From positions 1 through 24,216 of the IMG/VR virus record IMGVR_UViG_3300031627_000012: a DNA stretch of 24,216 bases, one strand, 5' to 3'. Within the stretch, counting starts at the first letter, position 1; each line of letters starts with the position of its first letter. Shown piece by piece: positions 21,947 through 24,216 of the stretch. Source of the DNA: a virus. Its lineage: Duplodnaviria > Caudoviricetes. The notes below the pieces were generated by a model. That model was not told the origin of the DNA. It did not search any database and saw only the letters and a list, made by a program, of their open reading frames with translations. The position numbers and the translations under genes are program-made.

Positions 21947-23443
21947 ATGGCATCTTTTGTAGCGGGACCGAACAAGTTTGCTCTGCTGGCTAACGCCTTC
22001 ACTGGTGCAGCTAAGGGTGCGAACGACTTTGCACAGTTGAAGCAGCGTAGCGACGCACTGAAAGAACAGCAGCGACAGCACGACGACAACCTTGGGCTTG
22101 GCTTTGATAGGTTAGATGAACAGATTCGTCAGTTTGATATTGGCACCTCGGAGAGATCACGGCTGGAGACTATGGCCCTCGAAGCCCGGCACAAGTTGGG
22201 TATAGAGCAGTCACAGATTTCCAAGTCAGCGACTCTTGGTGCAGCCGGTATCCGATCAAGGACAGCAGACAAGGACCGCAAGGCAACCATCGCACTTCAA
22301 GAGAGGAACGCAGGGCTTGATGAGCACGTAAACATCATGGAGGCCCACAACGTTGCTGGCCTGCACACCGACCGCAAGGCACACGACGTAAGGCTCCAGG
22401 CCGGTGAGACCACTGAACTGTTCGATTGGGAACGCAGGGCAGATGCGGCAGCCCTTGCGATTGCAACAAAGATGAGCCTTGGTAGCCCACCAACACAGGC
22501 CCAGATTTCCCTGGCCAGAGAGCAGGTGGACAACTACCCTGGACTGAAAGAGCAAGCCAACACCAACCGCATTGATGCTGAGATGTCGAAGGCATTAGCG
22601 AGGGCCGGTGGCGGTCGTGCTGGCGGTGGATACACTGGCACTGGGGCTGGAGTTGACTTTAGTCAAGCGTACACTGGCGCGCTTTATGAATCTGTCGGGC
22701 GTGACCCGAAAACTGGACTCAACAGGGTTATCCATACACCGACCGCCACCGCATTTGCCGACATCCAGGCGCAGATGGCCCTTGATGGTGCCGACAACCC
22801 CTACACTGCACGGAACATAGAGGCATTGGCTCACGTTAAAAGGCTGTCGCTCTTGGTTGGTGAGCATAGTCGAGGATCTAAAAGCACGAAGCTAACCAAC
22901 CTTGAGGGTCAGCTTGAGCAGTCATTGTCCCCCAAGAACTTCATTGGTGTGGACTCGTCCTTTGCCTCCAGCCTGGCCGAGCTTGTTGCTACTCAGCAGG
23001 AGATGGGGAGCACCAGCAGTCTCGACGACCCGAGCGCGTGGAGAAGGTACACCAGCAAGGAAGCATACAACAGTGCCCAGCTTGAGGCGGAGGGCCAGAC
23101 CGCACGGGCAATCAGACCAGATGCAGTCAAAGAGGAGGACCAACAAAGGCACGCCCAGAAACTTGAGGCAACAAGGGCATCCATTGCTGCCCAGCAAGTA
23201 GCCAGACTTTCAGGTGGCGGAGATGACGCAGATGCCGTCACTGGTGCTGTAGGTGAGCTTCAGTCGGACCAGTCCTGGACATTCAACGCTAGCAACTTCC
23301 GAGATCCAGACCAGGCCAGGGCGGAGGCGGCGAAGGCCTGGGAAGCATTCAGTATACCCAGCCCAAACATCCCGACCACACCTACACAGGGCACGCCCGA
23401 GTACGACAAGATGCTTGCAGACATGCAGCAGTTCGGAGGATAG
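21947..23443 (+). CDS. Ejection-type internal virion protein 2 (putative)
   Basis: 498 aa, Ala/Gln/Arg-rich helical protein with no Cys. Amphipathic N-terminus followed by coiled coil (QQRQHD, EQIRQFD). Confidence 0.7.
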   Translation: MASFVAGPNKFALLANAFTGAAKGANDFAQLKQRSDALKEQQRQHDDNLGLGFDRLDEQIRQFDIGTSERSRLETMALEARHKLGIEQSQISKSATLGAAGIRSRTADKDRKATIALQERNAGLDEHVNIMEAHNVAGLHTDRKAHDVRLQAGETTELFDWERRADAAALAIATKMSLGSPPTQAQISLAREQVDNYPGLKEQANTNRIDAEMSKALARAGGGRAGGGYTGTGAGVDFSQAYTGALYESVGRDPKTGLNRVIHTPTATAFADIQAQMALDGADNPYTARNIEALAHVKRLSLLVGEHSRGSKSTKLTNLEGQLEQSLSPKNFIGVDSSFASSLAELVATQQEMGSTSSLDDPSAWRRYTSKEAYNSAQLEAEGQTARAIRPDAVKEEDQQRHAQKLEATRASIAAQQVARLSGGGDDADAVTGAVGELQSDQSWTFNASNFRDPDQARAEAAKAWEAFSIPSPNIPTTPTQGTPEYDKMLADMQQFGG

Positions 23444-23447
23444 ATAG

Positions 23448-24216
23448 ATGGCCTTTAATCCAGACGATCCCTTCCGACTAAGGCACATTGAGGCTGTAAA
23501 CGGGGACACTGACCTCGTTCGTGGCGATGACCTACCAGAGCACATAAGAACCGGCGACGTGCGTACGGACCAGCGGTATGCAGAGCAGCGCATCATGCTC
23601 CAGAACGCCCAGGCTCGGGGCCTTATCTCCGGTGACGAGGCGTCCAACGCTTACGCTCAGAACGATGATGGGTTTATTGCTCGATCCCTGGAGGCACTGA
23701 CCGGCATTGAGGGTACTGAGAGTGAGCTACAGACCACGGTTGATGTCCTGTCAATGGGCAACTACGGGATGGCCGCACTAACCAAGGCCCGCCACCAGGC
23801 TATCAGGGCTGCTGGCAAGGACTATGAGGGAGGCGAGGTCCCATGGTATGCGCCCGTTCGCTGGCTGCCCGTGTTCAGCACGGACGAGTACCGTAGCGCG
23901 ATTCGGGACCGCACAAGATATGCTGATGTCTTCGGTGAAGAATACAGTATGACGGCTGGTGGTATCGGTTCGTTCGTGCTGGACGTTGCGCTTGATCCAG
24001 TGACGTATATGACACTTGGTACTGGTACTGGCGCGAAGGTCACAGTCAAGACAGCATCGGCAGCAGCCCCCAAGATTCTCGGACAAGAGCTTGCAGAGAA
24101 GGCAGCCAAAGAGGGCGTTGAGCTTACATATTCCCGATGGGGCACAAAGGTTCACCGGGAAGCCGTACGTGAGTTGATGCCCGTGGTCGAGAGGGAGATA
24201 GCTGATAGTGTTGCCG
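23448..24216 (+). CDS. Large internal virion / ejection protein 3, partial (runs off the right edge)
   Basis: Not in the ORF track. ATG 23448 has GGAGGA at 23435-23440 and the frame is open to the end. GSFVLDVALDPVTYMTLG resembles the DxxxDPxxY motif of large podovirus ejection proteins. Confidence 0.8.
   Translation, partial: MAFNPDDPFRLRHIEAVNGDTDLVRGDDLPEHIRTGDVRTDQRYAEQRIMLQNAQARGLISGDEASNAYAQNDDGFIARSLEALTGIEGTESELQTTVDVLSMGNYGMAALTKARHQAIRAAGKDYEGGEVPWYAPVRWLPVFSTDEYRSAIRDRTRYADVFGEEYSMTAGGIGSFVLDVALDPVTYMTLGTGTGAKVTVKTASAAAPKILGQELAEKAAKEGVELTYSRWGTKVHREAVRELMPVVEREIADSVA

Larger units (their letters stand above)
1..24216. mobile_element. Tailed dsDNA bacteriophage genome segment, podovirus-like morphogenesis module
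   Basis: Gene order terminase-portal-scaffold-capsid-adaptor-nozzle-tail appendages-ejection proteins. Genes are densely coupled with TAATG/TGATG overlaps. No tail tube, sheath or tail-chaperone genes and no housekeeping genes are seen. Confidence 0.95.

Noticed and set aside
1592-24155. Numerous minus-strand ORFs of 60-207 aa across the late operon (e.g. 5711-6253, 10483-11106, 14655-15236, 18709-19287)
   Set aside because: Antisense shadows of well-supported plus-strand genes, with no recognisable motifs.

Overview
This window is a contiguous piece of a tailed dsDNA phage (Caudoviricetes) genome with short-tail (podovirus-like) architecture. At the left edge is a leftward run of small early-type genes (1-593). 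These are followed by a ~1 kb divergent intergenic zone rich in direct repeats and stem-loops (594-1560). A long, tightly coupled rightward late operon then encodes two accessory virion-type proteins, a putative YkuD/L,D-transpeptidase-like cell-wall enzyme, a phage Dam-type adenine methyltransferase, small membrane proteins, terminase, portal, a zinc-ribbon protein, scaffold, major capsid protein, decoration/spike proteins, head-tail adaptor, tail nozzle, three related tail-appendage proteins and three ejection (internal virion) proteins, the last cut by the window edge. No integrase, tRNA, CRISPR array or host gene is seen. The most notable unexplained signals are four. (1) Three phased Pho-box-like TGTCA-N6-TGTCA repeats and 14-bp iteron-like repeats. 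(2) A ~300-nt cluster of stems whose wobble pairs are G-U on the + strand, a candidate structured RNA ahead of the late operon. (3) A hidden 29-aa transmembrane gene with its own GGAGG ribosome site, out of frame inside the terminase ORF. (4) An exact 19-bp direct repeat bracketing the cell-wall enzyme gene. All functional calls rest on motifs and gene order read by eye; no database search was run.
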